From: Ilumatobacteraceae bacterium
Lineage (GTDB): Bacteria > Actinomycetota > Acidimicrobiia > Acidimicrobiales > Ilumatobacteraceae
Direction of reading: 5' to 3'
Assembly (NCBI GenBank): GCA_040401695.1
Contig: JBBANY010000002.1
Location: 1 to 58,631, forward strand
Length of the DNA: 58,631 nt
Part shown: positions 1 through 8,816 of the stretch, piece after piece
How the letters are laid out: the number at the start of each line of letters is the position of its first letter
Position numbering within the stretch: position 1 is the stretch's first letter
Notes under the pieces: generated by a model
What the model saw: only the letters and a program-made list of their open reading frames with translations
Databases searched by the model: none
What the model was told of the DNA's origin: nothing
Position numbers and translations under genes: made by a program

Positions 1-474
1 GCGGTTGCCATCGATCATGGTGACGACGCCACGTATGACGCGACGCATCCCGGGTGGCGGAGCAGCATCGAGGTGAGTGAGTTTCTTCTCAGGTTTCGGG
101 CGGTTCAACCGCTTGATCTCGCGGATGCGCTCACGACGCTGTTTGTCGTCGAGCGTGCGGTGCGTGTTGGGCACGACCTGAACAATGCTGAATTCACTGC
201 GTCCGACCTCAACTTGGATCCGTAGCGTGTCGCACTCGCGCAGTTCACCGAGTCTCTCGAGATGTTCGGCATCGAGAACGCCACTCAACGAGCCATCAAG
301 TTCCACCCAATGCCAACCACCGTCGGCAGCGTGGCCACGTAGTTCCACCGTGGCGAACCGTCGACGGGGTTTGTCGGGTGTGTTGTCGGGCTGTCTCGGC
401 GCGCCGGAAGCCGGCAACGAGTCACGCAGCGCACGAAGCGCATCGTCGTTCGACTGTCGTGGCTTGCCGCCCAC
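1..474 (-). CDS. hypothetical protein (partial; 3' end runs off the window edge)
   Basis: The minus-strand frame is open from GTG at 474 to base 1 (158 codons). It is absent from the ORF track because no stop lies in the window. The translation looks like coding sequence with high GC3 (...FATVELRGHAADGGWHWVELDGSLSGVLDAEHLERLGELRECDTLRIQVEV...). No family recognised. Confidence 0.4.
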   Translation of the reverse strand, partial: MGGKPRQSNDDALRALRDSLPASGAPRQPDNTPDKPRRRFATVELRGHAADGGWHWVELDGSLSGVLDAEHLERLGELRECDTLRIQVEVGRSEFSIVQVVPNTHRTLDDKQRRERIREIKRLNRPKPEKKLTHLDAAPPPGMRRVIRGVVTMIDGNR

Positions 475-483
475 CTGCAGTGA

Positions 484-1398
484 CTACTCGGGAAGCGGGT
501 AGTGCACGCCCGGGATACCGGGGAGCAACGGAGTCGCCCACTCGGGCCGCGGCAGAAGGCCGGGGTAGGCACCCGGAGCCATCGGCGCGGTGGCGGCATT
601 CCACGCGTGGTGGATCGGCTGCAACTGGTAGTAGCCGTTCGCTGCGTTGGTACCGCCGTCGACGAGCAGGTCGTGGCCGGTGATGTAGCCCGCCATGTCG
701 GAGGCGAGGAACATGACCGGGGCGACGATTTCGGACACCTCACCCAGGCGGCGCATCGGCGTGCGCGACGCGATCCACTTGTCCATGCCCATGCCCTCGA
801 GTGCGACGCGGGTCATTTCGGTGATGATGAATCCGGGGCTGACGGCGTTGACGCGAACGCCGCGGTCGGCCCATTCGCAACCGAGCTGCTGGGTGATGTT
901 GCGCAGCGCGCCCTTCGCGGCGGTGTAGGCGATGATGTTCATCTCGTTTGCGCCACTGCCCATGATCGAGCAGATGTTGACGATGTTGCCGCTCTTCTTC
1001 AGCAGCATGTGGAGGCCGACCTCGCGCATGTAGAGGAACGCGCCGCGCAGGTCGACGGCCATGATCTTGTCGAAGGTGTCGGTGGGGAAGCGCTCGGCAC
1101 CGATGCCGAGGACGTCGGAGATGCCGGCGTTGTTGACGAGTGTGTCGATGCCGCCGAACTCCTTGATGGCAGCCGCGACGACGCGCTTCACGTCGTCTTC
1201 GACCGAGACGTCACCGGTCACGCACAGAACCTTTGCGCCGGCCTTCTTGCAGACTTCGCCGGTCTGCTCGAGGAGTTCCTTCGTGCGCGCCGTGAGGACG
1301 AGGTTCGCCCCGGCCTTTGCGAAGCCCTCGGCGAAACTGGCACCCAGGCCGTACGAGGCACCCGTGATGAGAACGGTTTTGCCCTTGAAATCGAACAT
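484..1398 (-). CDS. SDR-family oxidoreductase (short-chain dehydrogenase/reductase)
   Basis: N-terminal Rossmann motif TGASYGLG. The overall layout is SDR-like with a Pro-rich C-terminal tail. ORF of 304 aa. Confidence 0.85.
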   Translation of the reverse strand: MFDFKGKTVLITGASYGLGASFAEGFAKAGANLVLTARTKELLEQTGEVCKKAGAKVLCVTGDVSVEDDVKRVVAAAIKEFGGIDTLVNNAGISDVLGIGAERFPTDTFDKIMAVDLRGAFLYMREVGLHMLLKKSGNIVNICSIMGSGANEMNIIAYTAAKGALRNITQQLGCEWADRGVRVNAVSPGFIITEMTRVALEGMGMDKWIASRTPMRRLGEVSEIVAPVMFLASDMAGYITGHDLLVDGGTNAANGYYQLQPIHHAWNAATAPMAPGAYPGLLPRPEWATPLLPGIPGVHYPLPE

Positions 1399-1549
1399 GT
1401 CTGACCCCCTGCTTCGGATGCCCCTTGCGGGCTCGCGCCCCGAAAATAGTGGGTCTCCCGACCCTCATGCGAACGGGGCCCGTCGTGCCAGACCCCATGT
1501 GACACCCCGCGGTCACACTTGTCGTCTTCTTGGCGGAAAGAGGCCCACT

Positions 1550-1945
1550 TTGTCAACGACCAACCCGGCAACCAGCAACCCGAGCGGCGCTCCCGGGGAC
1601 GCGTCACCGGCCGTCTACCGCCGCCTCATGCGCGCCCTCGGCGACCTCGGCATCGTGCCGCAACCCGTCGGCGACGAGCCCCAGCGTTGGGCCAATCTCG
1701 ACGCCCGTGACGGCGAGCCGGTCGTTGTGTTCGGCGCATTGTCGCTCGACACGGCCGCACGTCTTGCGAACCTCCTCGAAGATCTCGCATCAGGAGCACC
1801 CGCGTCGGGAATCTCGCACACCGACGACGACATGCACGACCCTGACGGCGCCGCCGAATACACGCTGGCGCCGTTCGAGCCGGTCGCATCGCCACTCGAA
1901 CCGTTCCACTCGACGTCGCGTCACCATCCCCGGACGGCCTGGTGA
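1550..1945 (+). CDS. small hypothetical protein
   Basis: The frame of track ORF 1061..1945 only looks coding in its last third (...VYRRLMRALGDLGIVPQPVGDEPQRWANLDARDGEPVVVFGALSLDTAARLANLLEDL...). TTG at 1550 is preceded by GGAAAGAGG (1535..1543); ATG at 1628 is an alternative start. The stop lies 7 nt before the next gene. Confidence 0.4.
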   Translation: MSTTNPATSNPSGAPGDASPAVYRRLMRALGDLGIVPQPVGDEPQRWANLDARDGEPVVVFGALSLDTAARLANLLEDLASGAPASGISHTDDDMHDPDGAAEYTLAPFEPVASPLEPFHSTSRHHPRTAW

Positions 1946-1952
1946 GCCGACG

Positions 1953-3092
1953 ATGAGCCCGTTCAATCGCACCGGCCTCGGCGCCAACCCACAGTCGATT
2001 TCCTTCGATGAGTGGTGGCGGATGTGGCATTTCGTCAACGCCTTCGAGGCCAAGGACTCGCAGTTCTTCCGCGTCTGGATCGAGGTCGCGGGCGGTCGTC
2101 GTGTCTGGCACATTTCGTCGCCACGGTTCCATTTCGAGTTCTGTGCCGTCGACGAGGGCGCGTCGGGCACGTTCACGGTTCCGTTGCCTGTCCGCGTCAT
2201 CCATGCGATGACCGACATCGCAACGACCGGATTCGAGTCGACGTTGGCTCTGGCAGACAACGACTCGCTCACCGTCACGTCGGGTGATGCGAGTCTTGTG
2301 TTCGACATCCCTGCGCACCACCCGGGAACGTCGGTTGTTCTCGACTCCGTCGATTGCACTGCGGTCGTCTCGGCAAAGCGCCTTGCCGACGTTCTCGATG
2401 CCGCGCGCACACCACCGATCGGCATCGACATCATCGGTTACGGGCCACCCTTGTGGTGTGTCATCAGTGACGGAAGGATCACCTTTCACTCCGACTGGTC
2501 GTCGTACGACCACGGACGGGCGACGGTGTCGGTCGAGGCCGAGACGCGGGGTGAGTCACAGTTCCACAGCGCGGTCAGTCTCGTTGCCAAGGTGCTGCGC
2601 GACTTCACGATCGTCGACGAGGGTGATGAAACCGTGACGTTCGAAGTCGACGGACCGACGGGTTCGGGGTGTCGTGTGGTTGCATCCGACTGGGTTCTCA
2701 CATGCCCATTCATCGACCCGGTCGCCCAGGAATGGGGTGGGATGATGCGTCGCGAACTCATCTCGGCCGGCCACGAATACCAACGCGACGGTGAACGCGC
2801 CGTCGAGTTCCTGGTCGACGGGGTTCAGGTTCGTGCCCAATTGCACGGCGGCCGCCACCCGGTGTGTCGTCTCTCGGCCATCGTCGCCCGCAACGTCGCG
2901 AGCAGCGAATTTCTGCTCAGCGAACTGAACGACTGGAACATGTCGCATGCGGGCATGAAGTTCTGGTGGGAGGCCGGCAAAGTGGTCGCGGTGGTCGACC
3001 TCGACTCGAATCACATGTCCGACATCTCCGACGAGTCGATTCGGTTGGCCGTCGCTGTCTCGAACCTTTCGGCGGCAACGTCGGCGCTTTGA
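1953..3092 (+). CDS. hypothetical protein, C-terminal region resembling YbjN-like (sensory-transduction-regulator/T3SS-chaperone-like) domains
   Basis: In-frame ATG at 1953 (MSPFNRTG...) within track ORF 1530..3092. The upstream part of that ORF is Arg/Pro/Ser-rich and overlaps the better small ORF. The C-terminal part (...VEFLVDGVQVRAQLHGGRHPVCRLSAIVARNVASSEFLLSELNDWNMSHAGMKFWWE...) resembles a YbjN-type fold by eye only. Confidence 0.6.
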   Translation: MSPFNRTGLGANPQSISFDEWWRMWHFVNAFEAKDSQFFRVWIEVAGGRRVWHISSPRFHFEFCAVDEGASGTFTVPLPVRVIHAMTDIATTGFESTLALADNDSLTVTSGDASLVFDIPAHHPGTSVVLDSVDCTAVVSAKRLADVLDAARTPPIGIDIIGYGPPLWCVISDGRITFHSDWSSYDHGRATVSVEAETRGESQFHSAVSLVAKVLRDFTIVDEGDETVTFEVDGPTGSGCRVVASDWVLTCPFIDPVAQEWGGMMRRELISAGHEYQRDGERAVEFLVDGVQVRAQLHGGRHPVCRLSAIVARNVASSEFLLSELNDWNMSHAGMKFWWEAGKVVAVVDLDSNHMSDISDESIRLAVAVSNLSAATSAL

Positions 3093-3099
3093 GTCGGTC

Positions 3100-4368
3100 T
3101 CAGGGACGTTCGAGGATTGTGACGGCGCAGGCGGCTTCTTCGAGGCCGATCACGCCACCACCGTTTTCCGCCAACGCGAGGCGCGCGTTGGGCACTTGAC
3201 GTGGTCCTGCTTCTCCGCGTAGCTGGACGACCAGCTCATAAATCATCGATAGGCCGGTCGCGCCAACTGGGTGGCCCTTTGATACGAGACCGCCAGAGGT
3301 ATTGATGGGGATAGAGCCGCCGGGGCCGGTTTCCCCAGCTTCGACGAATGCTCCGCCCGAGCCGATGGGGCAAAAGCCCAGCATTTCGGTTTGGTAAATC
3401 TCGCAGAAAGCCGTCGCGTCGTGAACCTCGGCGACGTCGATGTCGGCGGGCTTGATTCCCGCGCGCTCGTATGCCCGCCGTGCTGCATGGTGCGACAGGG
3501 AGGGTTCGTCGTAGGCGCGGTACTTGCCGCCCGTCAATGCCGTGGCTGCGATGCGGATCGCGCGAGATCGCACTGACTCGGGGAGTGACTTCAAGTAGTC
3601 GTCCGAGCACACGATCGCAGCCGCACCGCCATCGCCGATTGGTGCACACATCGAACGCGTGAGCGGAAACGAAATCGGTCGATCACTCAACACTTCGTCA
3701 GTCGTCATCGGGAAGCGATACTGCGCCTTGGGATTGTCGACCGCGTAGGTGTGATTTTTGGCGGCAGCGTGGGCAATCTGTCGTTGGGTCGTACCGAACA
3801 ACTTCATGTGAAGGGCGGCCTGGATGCCATACGTCTCCATGAAAATGGTGTGACCTTCACCCTTGTCGAAACTGCACCCCGCGAATTGTGCTGCACGGTC
3901 GTATTCATCGAACAGTCGGTCGAGGTCGAAGTTGTCGACGCCCGAGTAGTAGGAATCAAACATCACCTGCCGTACGCCAGGGTCCTTGTCGGCGCCCGGT
4001 CGATAGATCTTTTCGACGCCGATGGCGAGGGACACCTTGGTCTCGCCGCTGAGAACGTCTTTCACGGCACCTTGGAGCGCCATCGAGGCGGTTGCGCAGG
4101 CGCCTTCGACATTGGTCATGGGGACGCGTTCGGGAAACAGTCCTTCGTCGACCATTTCGATGAAGCAGGTTTGCCCCCGCACGCCACCCTGACCCCACGT
4201 GTGCATGAGGCAATTGCCGAACCAGGCCGAGCCGATGTCGGCTCCGTCGGTCATCCCGACGTCAGCGAGGACACCCGTATAGGTCTCGCGGGCGAGCGAC
4301 TTGAGGGAGTCCTCCGGACGACGAGCAAATGCGCTGCTGTGGGCTCCGATAATCCAAACGTTCGTCAT
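3100..4368 (-). CDS. thiolase-family protein (SCP-x / non-specific lipid-transfer-type acetyl-CoA acyltransferase-like)
   Basis: 422 aa. Thiolase-like N-terminus (VEGACATASMALQGA active-site Cys region) and C-terminal GGGAAAIV and NTSGGLVSKGHPVGATG motifs. Confidence 0.85.
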   Translation of the reverse strand: MTNVWIIGAHSSAFARRPEDSLKSLARETYTGVLADVGMTDGADIGSAWFGNCLMHTWGQGGVRGQTCFIEMVDEGLFPERVPMTNVEGACATASMALQGAVKDVLSGETKVSLAIGVEKIYRPGADKDPGVRQVMFDSYYSGVDNFDLDRLFDEYDRAAQFAGCSFDKGEGHTIFMETYGIQAALHMKLFGTTQRQIAHAAAKNHTYAVDNPKAQYRFPMTTDEVLSDRPISFPLTRSMCAPIGDGGAAAIVCSDDYLKSLPESVRSRAIRIAATALTGGKYRAYDEPSLSHHAARRAYERAGIKPADIDVAEVHDATAFCEIYQTEMLGFCPIGSGGAFVEAGETGPGGSIPINTSGGLVSKGHPVGATGLSMIYELVVQLRGEAGPRQVPNARLALAENGGGVIGLEEAACAVTILERP

Positions 4369-4377
4369 TTCGTTGAC

Positions 4378-5010
4378 TCAGGCGGTCTTGCGCGCTGCGG
4401 CGCGGGGCTTGGAGGGCTTCGTGGCGGCAGCTGAACTTGTCCGGTTGATGAGTCCCGCGAGGAACATGTCACAAAACTGGTCGGCGATTGCATCGGCACG
4501 CAGCGGGCCTTCGGGGCGGTACCAATGTGTGAGCCAGTTGAGCGACCCGATGATGCCGAGTGTCGCAATGCGAGGGTTCGTCAGCGGGGCGAATTCACCC
4601 TCGGCAATGCCGTCTCGGATGATCGATTCGAGAAGCTCAAGATACTCGCGGTCCATTGCGGACCACTCCTTCATTCTGCGTCGACCGGCGATTTCCTGCA
4701 GATACACCGAGGCGTAAACAAAGTTCGTCTCGAGCACCTTCAAGTGTGAGCGGGTGGCACGACGGATCTTCTCGGTGGGGGGAAGGTCCATCTGCGACAG
4801 TTCACGCAGACCGACCAAGATCTCTTCTGCCGGTTCGCGCACGACCGCGAATAACAGGTCTTCTTTCGTGTCGATGTAGTGGTAGAGGCTGCCCTTCCAG
4901 ATGCCCACGGCCGAGGCGATGTCCTCGAGCGACGTTGCGGCAAAACCCTTCGTTCGGAATGCTTCGGCTGCGGCTTCGACGATGTCGTTCCAGCGACTTG
5001 GACGTGGCAT
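4378..5010 (-). CDS. TetR-family transcriptional regulator
   Basis: N-terminal HTH (IVEAAAEAFRTKGFAATSLEDIASAVGIWKGSLYHYIDTKEDLL). ATG at 5010 is preceded by GGAGAGGGGA; the track start at 5031 is 7 codons upstream. Confidence 0.85.
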   Translation of the reverse strand: MPRPSRWNDIVEAAAEAFRTKGFAATSLEDIASAVGIWKGSLYHYIDTKEDLLFAVVREPAEEILVGLRELSQMDLPPTEKIRRATRSHLKVLETNFVYASVYLQEIAGRRRMKEWSAMDREYLELLESIIRDGIAEGEFAPLTNPRIATLGIIGSLNWLTHWYRPEGPLRADAIADQFCDMFLAGLINRTSSAAATKPSKPRAAARKTA

Positions 5011-5067
5011 GTTTCCCCTCTCCACGATCATCCCACCGCGGGCCGCGGCGCCGGATGAAATGAAACG

Positions 5068-5080
5068 ACCGTTTGGTTAT
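5068..5080 (+). promoter_or_regulatory. ACCGTTTGGTTAT motif in the TetR/VOC divergent promoter region (candidate operator)
   Basis: The motif lies 19 nt upstream of the VOC start, inside a near-palindrome AAACGACCGTTT. Related copies occur at 7246..7257, 11663..11684 and 19654..19667. Confidence 0.35.
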
Positions 5081-5098
5081 TATACGCAGAGGGGGGCA

Positions 5099-5608
5099 AT
5101 GGGCGTCACAGGGGTCAACCACACGGGAATCAGTGTCACCGACATGGAGCGCTCCCTCGGCTTTTACCGCGACGTGCTCGGTCTCGAACTCGTGATGGAC
5201 ATGGACGTCGAGAGGCACGCAGGCCTCGACACCGTCGTCGGGATGACCGACACGATCGGGCGGGTCGTCATGTTGGCGGCCGGCGACAGCCTTGTGGAGT
5301 TGTGGTGCTACGCGAATCCCGCTGGTCGGCCTCTTCCTGCCGACTACAAGCCCGCCGATCGTGGCGTGACGCACGTCGCGCTCGAGGTCAACGATGTCGA
5401 TGCGATGCACACGCGCGTGGTAGCGGCGGGCTTCCGCGCGACGTCAGCACCGGTTGATCTCGGCATTCACAAGACCTGTTACGTGCACGGCCCCGACGAT
5501 GAGATCGTCGAGCTCCTCGAAGACAGATCGGACCGGGAGATGCTTGCGAGGGTGACTCGCCGCACGATCGAACGGCGCCTCGCCGCCGAGGGCAAGAAGG
5601 GTTCGTGA
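5099..5608 (+). CDS. VOC-family (glyoxalase/bleomycin-resistance/dioxygenase fold) protein
   Basis: MGVTGVNHTGISVTDMERSLGFYRDVLGLEL... is a typical VOC N-terminus. ATG at 5099 follows AGAGGGGGG. The upstream part of track ORF 4901..5608 overlaps the TetR gene. Confidence 0.8.
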   Translation: MGVTGVNHTGISVTDMERSLGFYRDVLGLELVMDMDVERHAGLDTVVGMTDTIGRVVMLAAGDSLVELWCYANPAGRPLPADYKPADRGVTHVALEVNDVDAMHTRVVAAGFRATSAPVDLGIHKTCYVHGPDDEIVELLEDRSDREMLARVTRRTIERRLAAEGKKGS

Positions 5609-5643
5609 CCCTTTGCGGACACGAAAATCGAAAGGAATCGCAG

Positions 5644-7215
5644 ATGCCGAATCAATCAATCAAGGGCCTGACGGTCACGGGACTCATGCGCCAGGCGGCG
5701 CGGTACAACGCGAAGCGCGTCGCGGTGAAGCATGGCGACCGCACTCTCACCTTCGCTGAAGCGTGGGAACGTGGCACACGCATGGCAAACGGGCTCCTTT
5801 CGCTTGGGTTGAAGCCCGGTGACCGCGTGGGTGTGCTCGAAGACAACTCGATCGATGCGCAGGACTTCTTCCTCGGTGCGGCCATTGCGGGTTTGGTGCG
5901 CGTACCCCTTTACGCACGCAATGCGATCGAGAGCCATGAGCACATGCTTGGTCACACGGGGTGTCGGGCCATCGTCGTTGCCGACAAATACCGCAGCGAC
6001 ATGGATGGCATGACGACGAAGCTCGCCGACCTGCAGCACGTCGTGGTTCGCGACGCGGGCTACGAGAAATGGCTCGGTTCTTTCTCGGCCGACGATCCGA
6101 TGGTCGAGATCCAACCCGATGACTGGTACATCATCCGCCACACGGGCGGTACGACAGGAAAGCCAAAGGGCGTCGCGTACAGCCACCGTTCGTGGTTGGC
6201 GGCCGGCCGCGACTGGTTCTACAACTTCCCGCCGATGGATGCGGGCGAGGTGTGCATGCACGTCGGGCCCATCTCGCACGGAAGCGGCTATCTCTACACG
6301 CCCACGTGGCTGTCGGGCGGAACCAACTTGCTGCTCGACCACTTCGACGCCAAAGAGACGTTGCAGCTGATGGCCAGTGAACGGGTGTCGTTCATGTTCA
6401 TGGTTCCTGCGATGCTGAACGCTGTCGCGCGTGATCCACTTGCACGTGAGCTCGACTTTTCAGCGCTGAAGGTCATCCAAATCGGCGGTGCGCCGATTGC
6501 CGACGACACGGCCCTCTTGGCGCGCGAGGTGTTCGGCGACGTGCTGTACCAGGGCTACGGACAGACCGAGGCGTTGCCTGTGTGCATGATGGGTCCGAAG
6601 GAATGGTTCTCCGACGTGCCCGGTTCGAATCCACTGCGCTCGGCAGGTCGCGCACTGCCATTCGCCTATCTCGAAATCAGGGACCCGGAGGACTCGTCGG
6701 TCTCGCTGCCAATCGGTGACGAAGGCGAGATTGCCATCCGTTGCGATGGACAGATGCTTGGCTTCTGGGAAAACGAGGCCGCCACGAAGGAGCGCATGTC
6801 TGGTGATGGCTTTGTTCTCACCGGCGACATCGGCAAGCTCGACGAAAACGGGTACCTCTACGTTCTCGATCGCAAAGACGACATGATCATCTCCGGGGGC
6901 TTCAACATTTGGCCCGCCGAACTGGAGAATGCGATTCTTGGGCACCCCGAAGTCATCGAAGTCGCGGTCTTCGCGATTCCGCACGAGCGTTGGGGCGAGA
7001 GTCCGGCTGCGATGTGCGTGACCTCGGCGGGGGCGAAGGTTTCGGCCGACGACATCAAAGACCTGTGTGCCCGCGTTCTTGGCTCGTACAAGAAGCCTGC
7101 GGAGGTGTTCTTCCAGACCGACCCCCTGCCGAAGAGCCCGGTAGGCAAGGTTCAGCGCAAAGTGCTGCGTGAACCCTTTTGGGCGGGTCAAGAACGCCGC
7201 GTCGCCGGCAACTAG
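5644..7215 (+). CDS. AMP-dependent acyl-CoA synthetase/ligase (FadD-like)
   Basis: AMP-binding signature IIRHTGGTTGKPKGV, plus later YGQTE and GDIG..DENGYLYVLDRKDD motifs. ATG at 5644 follows AAAGGAA. Confidence 0.85.
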   Translation: MPNQSIKGLTVTGLMRQAARYNAKRVAVKHGDRTLTFAEAWERGTRMANGLLSLGLKPGDRVGVLEDNSIDAQDFFLGAAIAGLVRVPLYARNAIESHEHMLGHTGCRAIVVADKYRSDMDGMTTKLADLQHVVVRDAGYEKWLGSFSADDPMVEIQPDDWYIIRHTGGTTGKPKGVAYSHRSWLAAGRDWFYNFPPMDAGEVCMHVGPISHGSGYLYTPTWLSGGTNLLLDHFDAKETLQLMASERVSFMFMVPAMLNAVARDPLARELDFSALKVIQIGGAPIADDTALLAREVFGDVLYQGYGQTEALPVCMMGPKEWFSDVPGSNPLRSAGRALPFAYLEIRDPEDSSVSLPIGDEGEIAIRCDGQMLGFWENEAATKERMSGDGFVLTGDIGKLDENGYLYVLDRKDDMIISGGFNIWPAELENAILGHPEVIEVAVFAIPHERWGESPAAMCVTSAGAKVSADDIKDLCARVLGSYKKPAEVFFQTDPLPKSPVGKVQRKVLREPFWAGQERRVAGN

Positions 7216-7245
7216 CCGAGCCCAAAGGGGAGGATTGTCCCCTTG

Positions 7246-7257
7246 ATAACCAAACGC
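7246..7257 (-). promoter_or_regulatory. GCGTTTGGTTAT motif upstream of the cupin gene (candidate operator overlapping a TTGATA -35-like hexamer)
   Basis: The reverse complement of 7246..7257 matches 11 of 12 positions of the site at 5069..5080. It overlaps TTGATA (7243..7248). Confidence 0.3.
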
Positions 7258-7318
7258 TTGTTGTGGTAACGTCGCACTTGTCACACAGACCACGCAACCG
7301 ACGACAACTGGGGGGATT

Positions 7319-7864
7319 ATGGGTCTTAATTTGGCAACAATGGAAAAAATCACTGCGGACGTTCAGATGAACGATCTGGAGTGGGTGGAAGTGGCGCCGG
7401 GCTCCTACTTCAAGGTTCTCACGGTTCACGCTCCGACCAACACCGTGGCCTTCGGCTTCAAGATGGATGCAGGCGCGCCGGACTTCCCGTCGCACTTCCA
7501 CATCTGCCGCGCGATGGCATGGACCGTCAAGGGTTGGTTCGGATACCGTGAGGCTGAGAAGCCCGAGGAGAGCCGGATCATGAAGGGCATGTTCTCCTAC
7601 GAGGCTGCTGGTTCATTCCACACGCCGTTCAGCGACTGCCCGGAGGGCTTCGAGTCGGTCGGAATCTTCGAGAGCGACAATGAAGTCCTTCTCCAGAACC
7701 ACGCCGAGCCCGACCCGCGCTCCGAGCGCATCGGCGACCTCACGGTCAGCGACTTCATCTCGTGGGGTAGCAAGTCGACCCACATCGTGCACAAGGACGG
7801 CACCATCACCGGTGACCCGACCTACAAGTACGACTTCACGAGCGGTATCAACGCCTTCAGCTGA
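7319..7864 (+). CDS. cupin-domain protein (2,4'-dihydroxyacetophenone dioxygenase-like / ChrR-cupin-like)
   Basis: 181 aa with a cupin metal motif pattern (PSHFHICRAMAWTVKGWFGYRE ... GSFHTPF). RBS GGGGGGA precedes the ATG. Confidence 0.6.
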   Translation: MGLNLATMEKITADVQMNDLEWVEVAPGSYFKVLTVHAPTNTVAFGFKMDAGAPDFPSHFHICRAMAWTVKGWFGYREAEKPEESRIMKGMFSYEAAGSFHTPFSDCPEGFESVGIFESDNEVLLQNHAEPDPRSERIGDLTVSDFISWGSKSTHIVHKDGTITGDPTYKYDFTSGINAFS

Positions 7865-7888
7865 GGCGTCACAACCGAAATCTTCAAA

Positions 7889-7920
7889 AGAGGGGGAGGC
7901 GGGTAACCGCCTCCCCCTCT
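7889..7920. terminator. bidirectional intrinsic terminator hairpin between convergent genes
   Basis: Perfect 14-bp stem AGAGGGGGAGGCGG / CCGCCTCCCCCTCT with loop GTAA. It has a T-run on the minus-strand side (TTTTG) and a weaker one on the plus side. Confidence 0.65.
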
Positions 7921-7958
7921 TCGCTTGTCCCGGTTCTTTTCACTTGGCTTGGTTTGCG

Positions 7959-8711
7959 TCAGACGATCGACCAACCACCGTCGACCGGATAGGTCATGCC
8001 GGTGATGAAGTCCGCTTCGGGCGAGCACAGGTATGCAGCCATCGCGCCGATGTCACGCGGACTACCGAGACGTTTGATCGCGTGCGCCGCAGCAAACTGG
8101 TCGAGCATGTCGGGAGTGATGTCCTGGAGTATCGGAGTGTTGATCGTGCCGGGGGCGATGGCGTTAACGGTCACGCCGGTGCCTGCGTACTCCACCGCCG
8201 CCTGACGGGTCATTCCGGTGACACCGGCTTTGGCAGCGCTGTAAGAAAAGAGATTCGGTAGACCGCGTAGTGCCGCAAGTGATGCGATGTTCAGCACCCG
8301 ACCGAATCCGCCACGGATCATCACGGGCAGGACCGTCTTCATCCCGTACCAAACCGATGTGAGGTCGTGAGCGATCATTCGGTCCCATTGAGATTGCTCG
8401 AGGTCGACTGCAGTATCGGCCGTTGTCGCGACTACTCCTGCGATGTTTCCGAGGACGTCGATCTTTCCGTGATTTTCGTCGATTCGGCGTATCTCGGTCT
8501 TCCATTGGTTGAGATCAGTGACGTCCACCGTTGCGCGCTCGGCCGTGCCGCCCGCCGCTTTGATTGCCGCGACGGTGTCGTTGCAGTCCTTCAAGTCGAG
8601 GCATACGACGTGTGCACCTTCGGAACCCAGGCGCTCGGCGACGCCTCTGCCGATTCCCTGATGTGCACCAGTGATAACGGCCACCATGCCGCTGAAACGT
8701 TTCGTTGTCAT
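7959..8711 (-). CDS. SDR-family oxidoreductase (3-oxoacyl-ACP reductase-like)
   Basis: VAVITGAHQGIGRG Rossmann motif and YSAAKAG catalytic motif. 250 aa. Confidence 0.85.
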   Translation of the reverse strand: MTTKRFSGMVAVITGAHQGIGRGVAERLGSEGAHVVCLDLKDCNDTVAAIKAAGGTAERATVDVTDLNQWKTEIRRIDENHGKIDVLGNIAGVVATTADTAVDLEQSQWDRMIAHDLTSVWYGMKTVLPVMIRGGFGRVLNIASLAALRGLPNLFSYSAAKAGVTGMTRQAAVEYAGTGVTVNAIAPGTINTPILQDITPDMLDQFAAAHAIKRLGSPRDIGAMAAYLCSPEADFITGMTYPVDGGWSIV

Positions 8712-8770
8712 GAGTTTCCTTTGTGTCGAAACTGTGAGTTTGTTTTTCTCATCTGATGTCGGAAATGAAT

Positions 8771-8803
8771 AAGGGCGGGGCCGACCAAGTCGACCCCGCC
8801 CTT
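8771..8803 (-). terminator. hairpin downstream of the binding-protein gene (likely terminator)
   Basis: 10-bp outer stem AAGGGCGGGG / CCCCGCCCTT with an inner 4-bp stem. It lies 14 nt after the stop of the minus-strand gene ending at 8817. Confidence 0.55.
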
Positions 8804-8816
8804 ACAGGTAGGTGAT

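Noticed and set aside
6621-6640. tRNA-like T-arm sequence GGTTCGAATCC
   Set aside because: It lies inside the acyl-CoA synthetase coding sequence. The flanking bases (CCCGG / CCACT) cannot form the T-stem, and no acceptor or anticodon arms are present.
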